Assembly (NCBI RefSeq): GCF_006345805.1
Contig: NC_042999.1
Coordinates: 149,110,001-149,174,000 of the forward strand
Length of the DNA stretch: 64,000 nt
Reading direction: 5' to 3'
Source of the DNA: Octopus sinensis
Taxonomy: Eukaryota
Shown here: positions 38,044 through 50,640 of the stretch, one piece after another
Numbering within the stretch: position 1 is the stretch's first letter
How the letters are laid out: each line of letters starts with the position of its first letter
The notes under the pieces: generated by a model
What the model was told of the DNA's origin: nothing
Seen by the model: only the letters and a program-made list of their open reading frames with translations
Database searches by the model: none
Program-made: the position numbers and the translations under genes

Positions 38044-38502
38044 GTAAGTCACAAGAACATCTTTTTCTGTTTGACTCATAACTGGGTTCCTTGATCAGTA
38101 CCAACACTTTGGACCAAAGTGGAACTGGAAATAGTGGTAACTCCATACTCCACCCCACTAAACACATAAACTCTTGAGCTGGAGCCTTGCTACTGGTGAG
38201 GCTCTAGTTATTTGGTTAACTAAATTCTGGGTCTTCAAATCAAAAGTGATTGTATACTTGCTAATGTGCTAATGTTGCCAATATTATTAATGTTGCTAAT
38301 GTGTTAATGTTGCTAATATGCTAATGCTGATTCGAGATTCATGAATGACAGATAGTCCCTTTTCTCTTTTCAAACCTGAGATTGTGTAACATTTTAAGCT
38401 GATCTATGTCTCAAGAGATTTTACTATGTTTTTGAACAAAAAATTAAAATAATTTAAATTTAATTGTAATTCCATTGGACTAAACCTATTTTTTTTCTCT
38501 AG

Positions 38503-38568
38503 CTGACAGTTTGTGGAATTATTGAAGCAGTAGGAGGAACACATTGGTTTTTCCGAAACATCAACACA
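38503..38568 (+). CDS. Coding exon 2 of the four-TM protein: LTVCGIIEAVGGTHWFFRNINT
   Basis: Acceptor cctattttttttctctag|, donor ACA|gtaagt. 66 nt, phase 0-0, open, completes TM2. Confidence 0.85.
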
Positions 38569-39518
38569 GTAAGTTTTGGAGGATCTTAATGATTTTTTAA
38601 AATATCATGTTTGATGAACTTATGTTACTTAATTATGAAAAGTTTTTAGCAATTAGGAATGTATTATTTTTAATATAATGTTTGACAGTAGTGAGGTGAC
38701 AGAATCAGTACTGTGCTAAACAAAATGTTTAGCAACATTTCTCCCAGCTCCTTATGTTCTCAGTTCGAATGCCATTGAGACCAACTCTGCCCTTCATCCT
38801 TTTAGGAGTCAATAAAATAAGTACAAGTTGAGCACTGGGGATGATGTAATTGATTAGCCCCTCCCACAAAATTTCAGTCCTGTTGTGAAAAGGATTATTA
38901 AAATAACAACAGTGATGAAACAGTTAAATCTTTCATCAAAGACATCCCTACTGGATAATACTGAAGATTAAGTGCTTAAAAATATAAAACTTAACTATGA
39001 TTTGCAAGCAAGTGCCACTTGGTGGCTTGAATCATGCTCTTGTGTACCTATTGTGTCAGGAGCCATGATGTGACAGCTGGTGTGGTGGGAGAGAGAAAGC
39101 AAGAGATGTACACCAGTACCAGTGTGATACTCATTTTCTACTGTATTGACAAGGGCAATGTGAAATGAAGAGTCTTGCTCAAGGATACTTCACTGGTAAC
39201 AGAAAAATCAGAACTTTGGGACTCACCATTTTAACAGGAAAAATTTAGGGTAAATCTGCAATGAGGTTCTTGTTACAATGTGTTTAGCTCCAGCCCTATA
39301 ATCAAGGGCCCTCTACCTGTGACCATCCTATATCTTTTAGAAATTCCTAGGATTACATTAATGTTTGCTTTCAATTTTTAAAGATAAAGTTGTTGGATAC
39401 AAGATAGATTTCACTGCTATTTCTAGCAGGCTGATCGTCTCATCCCAGCCTGGATGTATCATTATGTCAAGAATAGTTATTGAATTTCTGAATAATTTCT
39501 TTCTTTTTCTTGTTTCAG

Positions 39519-39605
39519 AAGCCAGTTTTATTCCTTGTATGTGTAGTAGAATCGGTCATCTTTGTACCAGGTGCCATTGGGTTCTTTGGTCGATTGTGTT
39601 ACTTG
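39519..39605 (+). CDS. Coding exon 3 of the four-TM protein: KPVLFLVCVVESVIFVPGAIGFFGRLCYL (TM3)
   Basis: Long polypyrimidine tract ending tttttcttgtttcag|, donor TTG|gtaagt. 87 nt, phase 0-0, open, hydrophobic. Confidence 0.88.
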
Positions 39606-40393
39606 GTAAGTAATATAATTATTTTGGTTAAGGTGGTGAGCTGGCAGAATGGTTAGCATGCCAGACAAAATACTTAGCAGCATTTCCATTTCTTTCAACT
39701 TTTTGTTCTGAGCTCAAATTCTGCTGGGGTCTACTTTGCCCTTCATCCTTTTGGGGTTGATAAAATAAGTACCCAGTTGAACACTGAGGTTGATGGAATC
39801 AACTTACCCCACCCTCGAAATTGCTGGCCTTGTGCCAAAATTTGAAATCTGTATAATTATTATGGTTGTTGTTTTGCTCTGGGTTAACCAAGATCATGAC
39901 CACCAAAGACTTTATAACAGTGACCAACCAGTCATTTTAGAAGCATGCCTAGTGCTGCAGTGTCTAGCATGTACTATTCTAATTCAAAGGGTTGGGATGT
40001 GATTTGACGGAAATTTGGCTGCTATTTCTTACTGTTTGAGCAACCATGTAGAAGTTACCTCTGCCTTTTTGCAGAGCTTTCTCTTTTCTTTTCCTTTTTT
40101 CTTTTTCATAGAAGATCCCTTCCTTTCTGAGAAGTTTTTCCTTTTTTCTTTTTTTATCAATTTTATATGCTATATTTTTTTTAGTTTCTTTTCTTTTCTG
40201 TTTTGGATTTGTAGACTTGACTGAACAGGGTCTTGCTCTATTCAGTTGCCATGGCTACTGAACAAATTAGATTGTTTTGCTTATTCCGGTTTGCTTCTGT
40301 GGAAATATCTGTCTTTCTGTCTGTCTGTCTGTCTGTCTGACTATCTATCTCTATACACAAATGTGTGTGTTTGTATCATCACCATATGTTGAA

Positions 40394-40437
<44 letters not shown>

Positions 40438-41819
40438 ATGTGTGTGCATGTGTATGTGTGTGTGTATATGTATATATATGTATGTATATATAATATATAT
40501 ATATATATATGTATATACGTATATATATATATATATATATATGTGTGTGGTGTCTATAAGTATGTTGGTGTCATGTAACTGGCACCTGTGCCAGTGACAC
40601 ATAAAAAAACACCTTTCAAGCGCTGGGCCTCATGAAGGCAATGACAAATGACTGAGATGTGTGGCAATATGCTGTGCTTGAGAAGAAGACCCATCAAGCC
40701 CAGTGAAATCATAGTTGTGGCAGAAACTGGTGTCACACAACTGGCACCTGCGTTGGTGGCTTGCAAAAGCACTCATTACACTCCTGGAGTGGTTGGCATA
40801 GGAAGGGCATCCAGCCACAGAAACCATGCCGAATCAGACTGGAGTCTGGTGCAGCCCCTTAACTTACCAGCCCTGGTGAAACTGTCCAAGCCATGTCAAC
40901 ATAAACAATGGACGTTAAATGATGAATTGAACCAGCCAGGATCCCTGGTCTGGTGGTACGTAAAAAGCACTATCCGACTCGTGGCCGATGCCAGCGCCGC
41001 CTCGACTGGCTTCCGTGCCGGTGGCACATAAAATACACCAATCCACCAATCCGACCATGGCCGTTGCCAGCCTTGCCTGGCACCTGTGCAGGTGGCACGT
41101 AAAAAGCACCCACTACACTCACGGAGTGGTTGGCGTTAGGAAGGGCATCCAGCTGTAGAAACATTGCCAGATAAGACTGGAGCCTGGTGCAGCCTTCTGG
41201 CTTCCCAGATCCCCGGTCGAACCGTCCAACCCATGCTAGCATGGAGAACGGACGTTAAACGATGATGATGATGATGATGATGATATATATATATATATAA
41301 ATACACACACACACGCACACATACACATACACACACACACGCACACATACACATACACACACACACTCACATGCAAACACACACACACACACACACACAT
41401 ATACATACATACGTGTGTAAGTCATCTAAGAGACCATAACTCAGGGGAAAGATGCACTTGTCAGCAGAGTGGGTATATTACTCAAAATGTATAGTATTAA
41501 ATATCCATCACAGCTGATCTTACCAATTGGTTTTGCATAAGGAATACAATGGTGTGTTAGGCAATAAACTGATCATATAACTTTATGCTCATCAAAATTA
41601 GCCTATATGGAAGGGAATATGGCAACTTTTCTCTTTTGTCAGAGGTGGATTAGCACAACCGGTAACTTAGCGGTTTGGCAAAAGAGACCGATAGAATAAG
41701 TACTAGGCTTATGAAGAATAAGTCCTGGGGTTGATTTGGTCGACTAAAGGCGGTGCTCCTGCAAAGCCACAGTCACATGACTGAAACAAGCAAAAGAGAG
41801 AGAGAGTATCTATCTAACC

Positions 41820-41880
<61 letters not shown>

Positions 41881-41939
41881 ACTATCTGTATGTATATATA
41901 TGTATTGTATTTTGCTCAATTTCCTGCAGATGTCTGGTT

Positions 41940-42560
41940 GGTTGATGGCTTGAGAAAGTGTCTCAATTGATCCATGTTTATTGATTTTGTGATGGTCACT
42001 GGTCACTTTTACTATTTCCTTCTTTTTTATTGCTGTTGTTGATATAGTTTCCTCATTGTTAACTGATTAATCTATTGTGGTGTATATTTTTAGTGTGTTG
42101 ATTGTTAAGCATAGGGTCTTGAGCATATTTTAGTTCTGGATGGATACATGCTTCCCTGTTTCCATGGGAACTTATGAGGCCTTCATCCTCATTTTTTTCT
42201 CTCTCTGTATATTTAATTTTGTCTTACTGTGACCTATGTTCTTTTAATGTGTTAACGATTCTTTTGTGTTCTTGATGGCTTTTTTCATACACAAGTAATT
42301 GTTGTGAAGGGTCGAGTCTTTTGTATGATGGTTTCCACTTCCATTAGGTAGAGGGAGCTTGTGTTATTTTCTCCATCATTTTTTGCAATTTTGTTTATTT
42401 TGATGGATGCTAACAATTCTTTTGTGATGCTATTATTGCGTTTTTGAGGGCTTTTTTCATACATAAATAACTGTTACAAAGGGTCATGTCTTTTGTATGA
42501 TGGCTTCCATTGTACAACTTCCATTGGATAGAGGGAGCTAGTGTTATTTGCTCCTTCATT
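41940..42560 (-). mobile_element. Degraded Penelope-like fragment with an internal ~180-bp duplication
   Basis: TIIQKTRPF..YEKAI-like remnants occur twice. Confidence 0.4.
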
Positions 42561-42564
42561 ATCA

Positions 42565-43265
42565 TCATCATCATCATTTATATATAATGTCCGCTTTCCA
42601 TGCTAGCATGGGTTGGACGATTTGACTGAGGACTGGCGAACCAGATGGCTGCACCAGGCTCCAATCTTGATTTGTCAGAGTTTCTACAGCTGGATGCCCT
42701 TCCTAATGCCAACCACTACGAGTGTGTAGTGGGTGCTTTTACGTTCCACCTGCACGAGGGCCAGTCAGGCAGTACTGGCAACGGTTACGGAAAATCGTGT
42801 TTTTTTTTTACGTGTCACCTGCAAACCAGCACAAGTGCCAGTAAGGCGGCACTGGTAACGATCACGCTTGAATGGTGCTTTTTACGTGCCACCTGCACGA
42901 ACACCAGTTAGCCACTCTGGCAATGATCATGCTCGGATGGTGCTCTAAGTGCTCCATTAGCATGAATGCCAGTTATCGAATTTGATTTTGATTCTGATTT
43001 CACATGCCCCAACAGGTCTTTGCAAGCAGTGTCCAATGAAGGGAAGGTATGCATAAGTGGGCTGGTTACACCCCTGGCTTAGGCCACAAGGTTATGGTCT
43101 CACTTGGCTTGCTGGGTCTTCTCAGAGCACAGCATATTTCCAAAATTCTCGGTCACTGGTCATTGCCTCAGTGAGGCCTTAACCAGAGAAAAAGACTGAG
43201 AATGAGTGAAGTAGGCACTGCATTTACTATTTCTTGGATCACAAGATCATGTCCAACCTGTCAGA
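42565..43265 (-). mobile_element. RTE LINE 3' end with full 3'UTR
   Basis: Reverse complement of the 56050-56707 region. Confidence 0.85.
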
Positions 43266-43661
43266 TGGACATTTATTCCTCCACGTCTCACCTATGTGAA
43301 GAATAGGTGCTAAGTCTTATCCAGGAGGTGATTCATCTCTCATCTCATTCAGTGTTAGGGAAACTGGAAGTAATTATTAACTTTTTGCAATTCTGCAGTA
43401 CATGGATATATTGACACACTTATGCATACATACACATACAGAAAGGTTCATACATAGATGCACATAGACACAGCTTCATATGAATACTTATTAAAACTCA
43501 ACAGAAGTTACAATGAAACTGTTTATATTTAGTAGTCATTATTAGAGGCTTTTGCTTGTGCTGGCAGCTGCGATCTGTAATGAGTTAACACTTTGCCAAT
43601 ACAAATTTATAATTAAAGCTGCAGACAAGTAAGGATTAATTCATTGATCAAATAGAATTAC

Positions 43662-43733
43662 CGTTATGTTACTCGTTTCATGCGAACGTTGCCAACAATG
43701 TTTTTGGCTGCATGACGATAGAAAAGTGTAAAA
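43662..43733 (-). other. Candidate 72-nt exon of a minus-strand transcript
   Basis: About 30-nt polypyrimidine tract ending gttttcag|, donor ACG|gtaatt. Several CpGs inside a CpG-poor neighbourhood. Frame 0 is open but has no recognisable motif. Confidence 0.35.
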
Positions 43734-44099
43734 CTGAAAACAAAAAAAAAAGAAAAAGAAAGAAAGAAAAAGCAATACCCCCCTCCTTCTTCCAGCAAAC
43801 TATTTCATAAGTCAATAGGGAGCCTCTGCATATTTGCCCTCTTTGGTAGAAATAGCAGTCAAATCTATCTCATGTAACACTCTACCAACTTAAAAGGGAA
43901 CGGGGATGGATACAATGGATAATGTTGATGTATATTTTAAAAAGTATAAGAAACTGAAAGATGTGATGGCCATAAATGGAGCGCCTTTGATCATAGACAG
44001 CTAATTATTTTAAAACTGGTTTCAAATTTTGGGACAAGGCTAGCAATTTTGGGGTGGGGTAAGTTGATTACACTGACCCCAGTGTTCAACTGGTACTTA

Positions 44100-44466
44100 C
44101 TTGTACTTGTACATGTGGTGACATTAACCCTGGGTGGGTTGAGTCGGCTTCTTCTACTCATGGAAGAAGTTTCGTGGGAATATGTGGATTTCACAAGTGG
44201 TCCCCAACAATCCCGCATGTAGAGACATCCTATTTGCCGCAGATTGTCTGCAGATGCAGGGACAGAACGACTGAGGAGCCGCCGGTTGCCGAAATGGACA
44301 CTCCGAGGATTTTCACCAGAGCCCTGTCTGCCGGGTTGTGGCCCTAATACCACTCGGTGTCAGACCAATCCGCCTTTGGTGGCCCTACCAGGAACCGAAG
44401 TTCCCAACAGCATAGCTCTGATACTACCTGTTGCCAGCGTCCCCACCATGGTGAGGAGGGGGATGG
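44100..44466 (-). mobile_element. GC-rich short retroposon with a (TACAAG)n tail, inserted into a type B SINE
   Basis: The SINE motif actggtactta|ttttatc is split; duplicated actta flanks the insert. No ORF homology. Confidence 0.55.
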
Positions 44467-45329
44467 ACTTATTTTATCAATCCCCGCTCGTGAAAGGATG
44501 AAAGGCAAAGTCAACCCTGGTGGAATTTTAGCTCAGAACATAAAGATGGATGGAATGCCACTAAGCATTTTATCTGGTATGCTAATAATTCTTCCAGCTC
44601 ACTACCTTAGATTATCTTAATATTGGAGATAAAAGATTAGTATGTAATCCCAGCAGGATCCCTTGGAATTCATAAAAGCAGTTACCTAATTTCCATTCGG
44701 TACAAGTAACAAAGACCACAATATTTACTCTGAATGGTGATCCGTTTACAGCTGAGTGGACTGGAGCAATCTGAAGTGAAGTGTTTTATTCAAGAGCACA
44801 ATGCACTGCTCAGCTTGGTAATTGAAACTATGAGCTAACAATTTTGAGTTCAAAACCCTAAACACTAAGTTATATGGTTAGAGCCTGAGGAAATCAATGA
44901 TGGTTTGTGTCAGCTAAAAGAACTTCTGTCTCTTTGCAGGGATGGCTGTGTGGCTAAGAAGTTTGTTTCCCAACCACATGATTTTAGGTTCAGCACCACT
45001 GCATGGCACCGAAGGCAATTGTCTTCTACTTAAGCCCCAGGCTAATTATAGCTATTATAATAGAGGAGGTTAAGGCCAACAGTCCATGGGAACGCCCTGG
45101 CTTAGGCCACAAGGTTGTGGTTTCACTTGACTTGCTTGGTCTTCTCAAGCACAGCATATTTCCAAAATTCTCAGTCACTGGTCATTGTCTCGGTGAGGCC
45201 TTAACCAGAGAAAAAAAACTGAGAATGAGTGAAGTAGGCACTGTGGTTACTTTTTCTTGGATCACAAGATCATGTCCAACCTGTCAGATGGTCTTAAAGC
45301 TGTATCTGTAATAGATTTAGAGAATAAAT

Positions 45330-45895
45330 GTCCTGTCTCAGAAGGAAAATCTGGAATGGAAAGGCCTCAACATAATCTCAGGAAAAACTAAAGTTTCAGT
45401 GAATAGAAATGAAGACAGAATGTTGCTACCAGGAGGGAAATGGTAATGCACAGTATGCAGAAAAGAGTAGGAAGAAATTCCATGTGCGGTATCTAGTTTA
45501 AAAAAGGACTTACAAGAAGTAAAATAGAATTAATGGCAGACTACCAGAAAAGGCAGACTTCATAAGTAGCAAATGCATAGGTGCAGTAAAGACAAAGAGC
45601 ACAATTGGAATAGATTCTTCCAAATACCTGGACAGCTCTTTAGAAGTAGTTGGTTATTTCCTTTACCTAGGTGGTCTGTAGTGTAGTGGGAGGTGCTCCA
45701 AAAGTATGGTAGCCAAAGTAACAATGAGATGGGAAAAGTTCAGGAAGCCATTGTCTTGGCTGGTAACAAAGGCTTTCTCTTTCCGAGTGAAGGGCAGACT
45801 GTATAAAATTTATGTACCAACTGTGATATTATGTGGTAGCAGAATATGGGCTTTGAATACTGAGGAGTTGTGGAAACTTGAAAGAAATGACTGAA
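45330..45895 (+). mobile_element. RTE LINE ORF fragment
   Basis: LEWKGLNIISGKTKVSV, SLEVVGYF.YLG, RWEKFRKPL..L..KAFSFRVKGRLYK..V..VILCGSRIW. Confidence 0.8.
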
Positions 45896-46114
45896 ACTTG
45901 TAAAAGAACTAGTAAAAGGATTTAATTACCAATTAAATGACAATTGGAAAATTTGAAACAATTGTTGGCAAAAGCAAAATTTAAAACTGGTTTCAAATTT
46001 TGGGACAAGGCCAGAAATTTAATGGTGGGGTAAGTTGATTACATTGACCCTAGTGTTCAACTGGTACTTATTTTATCACAACAGTGATAAAATCTTCTCA
46101 ATATCTAAGTGTTA

Positions 46115-46360
46115 TGATAAATGTTGTGGTATATGTTGATTTATACAGAATGGTCATTATATCAACACAATGACTGGAAAACCAAATATGCACAAATGCA
46201 AATATGAACTGTAGGAGTAGAAGTCTGATATACTATATCAAATGTAGGAATTGTGGAGAAATATATATTAGTCAGACAGGTAATTCATTATCTGAATGCA
46301 TATGAATACATAGGCTGAAGATTCGAGAGCCTCAAAAGAACTTTTGTATTGCCTTTTCAT
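46115..46360 (+). mobile_element. Penelope-like GIY-YIG fragment
   Basis: NMNCRSRSLIYYIKCRNCGEIYISQTGNSLSECI*IH. Confidence 0.75.
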
Positions 46361-47056
46361 AAACTTTATGACTAAAATGAACAGTAGAATTGAGTTCCAT
46401 TGAGAAGTCCAGTTCAGTTTTGAAGGGACAGTTATGTTCATTAAAATTTGGTTTAAGATTTAATTTGAAATAACAATCCCTGAAAAAAGATTTTAATAGA
46501 CACTTGATGAAACGTCATACAGCTGCTCCCCAATATGAGAAACATAATCACTTGCAAGCCACATCAGGAGCCCACAACCACTTGTAACTGTTGATAAGCT
46601 TGAAGCTTTCTCATTCAATCAGGCATGTTTGATAAACTTAGTCGTTTATAAGGCTGATTCGCAGCAGTGCTATAAGGTAATGTAATAAAAGCAAAAAATT
46701 ACAACAATGGTTTATGTATGTATATATATGCACACACACACATGCATACAAAGCAAAGTGCTATTGCTGCAGTCGAAACATATGTAGGCCAGAGTTATTT
46801 ATGCTGTAGAAAACATTTTAATAAAAAAGTTTTGGATGTGAATAAATCTCCACTTTCCTCTTCATTATCAGTTATATGTACATACATACATACATACATA
46901 TATATATATATACACATACATACATACATACATACATACATACATACATACATACATACATGTGTGTGTGTGCGTGTGTGTGTAGTATTGTCTCATTTTA
47001 TTTGTGATTGTAATAATGGAACTGAATTGTATAAAAAGATTTTTTTCATATTTCAG

Positions 47057-47107
47057 ATAAATGTAATTCGAAGATACAGTCCTGAAGCATCACTAAATAT
47101 TGATTTT
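47057..47107 (+). CDS. Coding exon 4 of the four-TM protein: INVIRRYSPEASLNIDF (TM3-TM4 loop)
   Basis: Acceptor ttttttcatatttcag|, donor TTT|gtaagt. 51 nt, phase 0-0, open. Confidence 0.8.
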
Positions 47108-47280
47108 GTAAGTTGAAATAATTATCATTTCACCGTTTCTGTTGATTCTATATTCAAAGATCAATTAAAATGAATCATCAAGTGAACATATCTTACATTG
47201 GCATCATCCACATAATGGTAATTGCAAAAGAACCAGAACTATCATGTTCTGGCTGCTGTGGTTACCACCTGAACCTACTG

Positions 47281-47590
47281 TGGAGGCACATGGCTTAGTG
47301 GTTAGAGCAGTGGACTCGCGGTCGAGGGATCGCAGGTTCAAATCTCAGACCGGGCGATGTGTGTGTTTATGAGCGAAACTCCTAAGCTCCACGCGACTCC
47401 GGCAGAAGGTAATGGCAAACTTTTGCTGACTCTTTCACCTCAACTTTCTCTCACTGTTTCCTCCTGCATCTTTCAGCTCACCTGCGATGGACCGGTGTCC
47501 TGTCCAGGTGGGGAACCTATATGCCAAGGAAACCGGGAAACTGGCCCTTATGAGCCAGGCATGGCTTGAAAGGGAACAAACAAACAACAA
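47281..47590 (+). mobile_element. SINE type E with a 14-bp TSD
   Basis: acctgaacctactg at 47267-47280 and 47591-47604; (CAAA)n tail. Confidence 0.92.
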
Positions 47591-50194
47591 ACCTGAACCT
47601 ACTGGATTGTGGACATGTCAAAGAGATAGCCTCTAAAAGTTTATGAGCAATTGCAGAAAAACTTTCTTCAGATTGAACCATGCCATCTTCAAAAGGCAAT
47701 ATGGTTGTAGTTGGACTGCAGATTTTGATTGTTAGTATCCTCAGTTTGGCCTCATCTGTAGCTAAATAACACTTAACAGCGAAAAAGAAAGCAACATGTT
47801 TAGATTACCATATGACACTCCAAATGATAAACCATAGCATGTTTGAGGGTGTAGTAGGGTTTCTCATTAGTTAGAAGTTTTGACAGAGTTGAAGCAATTG
47901 AATTACTCAATGGTTATACCTTTTGAATAGATGAGGGTTGATGGGGGTCTCAGATATGATCCTCACTCCTCACCACACACGCACACACTGTGGCCTCTTG
48001 ATGCTGCTGTACATTCCACCAGGGTCCTCACCATTTAACACTTGATGTCACTGCTCAATCTTCACCTTCGTTACCTGCAGACCATTTTTTATCCACTTTT
48101 ATAGGAGCACAAGAGTTCTGTGCCTTGGTGATGTGACCAAAATATTGCACTTTTCACTATCTTGTTTTCATTACCAACCTTCACTCTGATTCTGCCTCCT
48201 CCTCCTCGCCGTTTAACGTCTGTTTTCCATGCTGGCATGGGTTGGACAGTTTGACTGAGGTCTGGAGAGCCAACAGGTGCACCAGGCTCCAATCTGATCT
48301 AGCAATGTTTCTTCAGTTGGATGCCCTTTCTAACACCAGCCATTCCGAGAGTGTAGTGGGTGCTTTTTACGTGCCACCGGCACAAGATCCATCCAATAAC
48401 TGATTATGGGTTGTCACTCAACAACTAACTATATCCAGAAATCTGTCCATCAGGGCTAATGTGGGGTTTAAACCATGTACGTTTTTATTCATCAATTTTG
48501 CCTCATTCATTATAACTGAAAGTGACTCACTCTTTGTTGTCTGAGAAAGATTTTATACCATTGTGTCGTACACCATTTTTATGGTGTCCCTCTTCGCTTG
48601 ACACTCTAAGCACATGCTTATTTTGCTCAATGGTTAATTCAGCACTGATGTCACTGTCAGTGAACTCAAAACTCAGTGTTTGTCACTCTCTTCCAGGAAA
48701 ATAGTGGAGGATGAATTCTTTTTCTACTCAAGGCCCGGAATTTTTGGGGAGGGAGCCAGTTGATTAGATCAACTCCAGTACGCAACCGGTACTTAATTTA
48801 CCAACCCCGAAAGGCAAAGTCGACCTTGGCGGAATTTGAACTCAGAACGTAGTGGCAGACGAAATACCTATTTCTTTACTACCCACAAGGGGCTAAACAC
48901 AGAGAGGACAAACAAGGACAGACAAACGGATTAAGTCGATTATATCGACTCCAGTGCGTAACTGGTACTTATTTAATCAACCCCGAAAGGATGAAAGTCA
49001 ACCTTGGCGGAATTCGAACTCAGAATGTTGCGGCAGACGAAATACCGCTAAGCATTTCGCCCGGTGTGCTAACGTTTCTACCAGCTCTCCGCCTTAATAG
49101 TGGAGGATTAATTAACTGGGTAAAGGGAAAGACTCAGTTCAATGAACTCTTCTAGTTTTAACGATTACCAATTAATGTGGGATTTAACAAGTTTATTAAA
49201 ACAGGAAGAGAAATTACATTTGGTCTTCTAAAAGTTTTGGAGTTGCACTTGTCTCGTAAGTGATGTGATCTGAGACCGTATCATGAAACTGAACGAATTA
49301 ATGACGAAAGGGCCATTTTAGAGGTTATTTAGCTAATTGAAAATGACATGAAGACTGTTAAATTCACTTTCGTTAATTTCTCAAGATGTTAGTGACCTGG
49401 CTAGTTGTGCATCAAAAATTTTCACATCTCAAAATAACAATTATAAAATCAATTCAATTGTTTTTTTCGCTTTTGATGCTTTTAGATGACTAAAATAGCT
49501 CTTTTACGATGTGTTTATTTTAAAAACTCTGTTATTAATACACTAACTCTAGAGCCTTGGAGCATTTAGTCACCTCTCTTTATATTGTGAATTCTGTCTT
49601 TCATACTTTCGAGGGCTATAAATTTAGTTCCAGCTATGTATCTCCTGGTCTCATATGATCAACCCTTCCCTCTCATAAAATGCATGGCCTGGTTATAAAC
49701 GCAATATTGAAACACAAGAAACGAGAGTTACTGCCCTTTACCTTATCTTGGCAAGGTATGTTTATTGCTGTTGAGATTTCTCTAAGGAAATATGTTGAAA
49801 TTATTACCTTATTGCGTTCACAATAAAAGCTCTCAGAATTCCCAAGGTATTAAATTTACACGCATACAGACACAATAAAGAGGTGCGTACATAACGGCAG
49901 ATAAGTGAGGTATAGGTTACACGATGGATAGATGAGAGCAAGTTATTTATGAAACAGTAGGATGTATTTATATTCTCTCGGTTTAAAACAATTTAATACT
50001 ACACCGTTATTACTCAAAGTTTTATAGAGTGAAATTCCGAGGGGGAGTGGCTTCTAGATTAGATTTATCGACTAGTTATAATCTTGGCTCCATGATTATG
50101 TTTGTTTTAGTTCAGAATTAAACACGACCGAATAGTTGGAGCTATAAATATCTTTCACAGATTTTACACACAAGCACATACAAATATGTACAAG

Positions 50195-50262
<68 letters not shown>

Positions 50263-50265
<3 letters not shown>

Positions 50266-50640
50266 TCTTTTACTTGTTTCCGTCTTTTGACTGCGGCCAT
50301 GCTGGAGCACCGCCTTTAGTCGAGCAAATCGACCCCAGGACTTATTCTTTGGAAGCCTAGTACTTATTCTATCGGTCTCTTTTGCCGAATCGCTAAGTTA
50401 CGGGGACGTAAACACAGCAGCATCGGTTGTCAAGCGATGTTGGGGGGACAAACACAAACACACAAACACAGACACATACATATATACGACGTGCTTCTTT
50501 CAGTTTCCGTCTACCAAATCCACTCACAAGGCTTTGGTCAGCCTGAGGCTATAGTAGGAGACACTTGCCCAAGGTACCACACAGTGGGACTGAACCTGGA
50601 ATCATGTGGTTGGTAAGCAAGCTACTTACCACACAGCCAC
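50263..50640 (-). mobile_element. SINE type A; a second 3' end follows at about 50645-50750
   Basis: Family match; the tail abuts an (AT)n tract. Confidence 0.88.
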
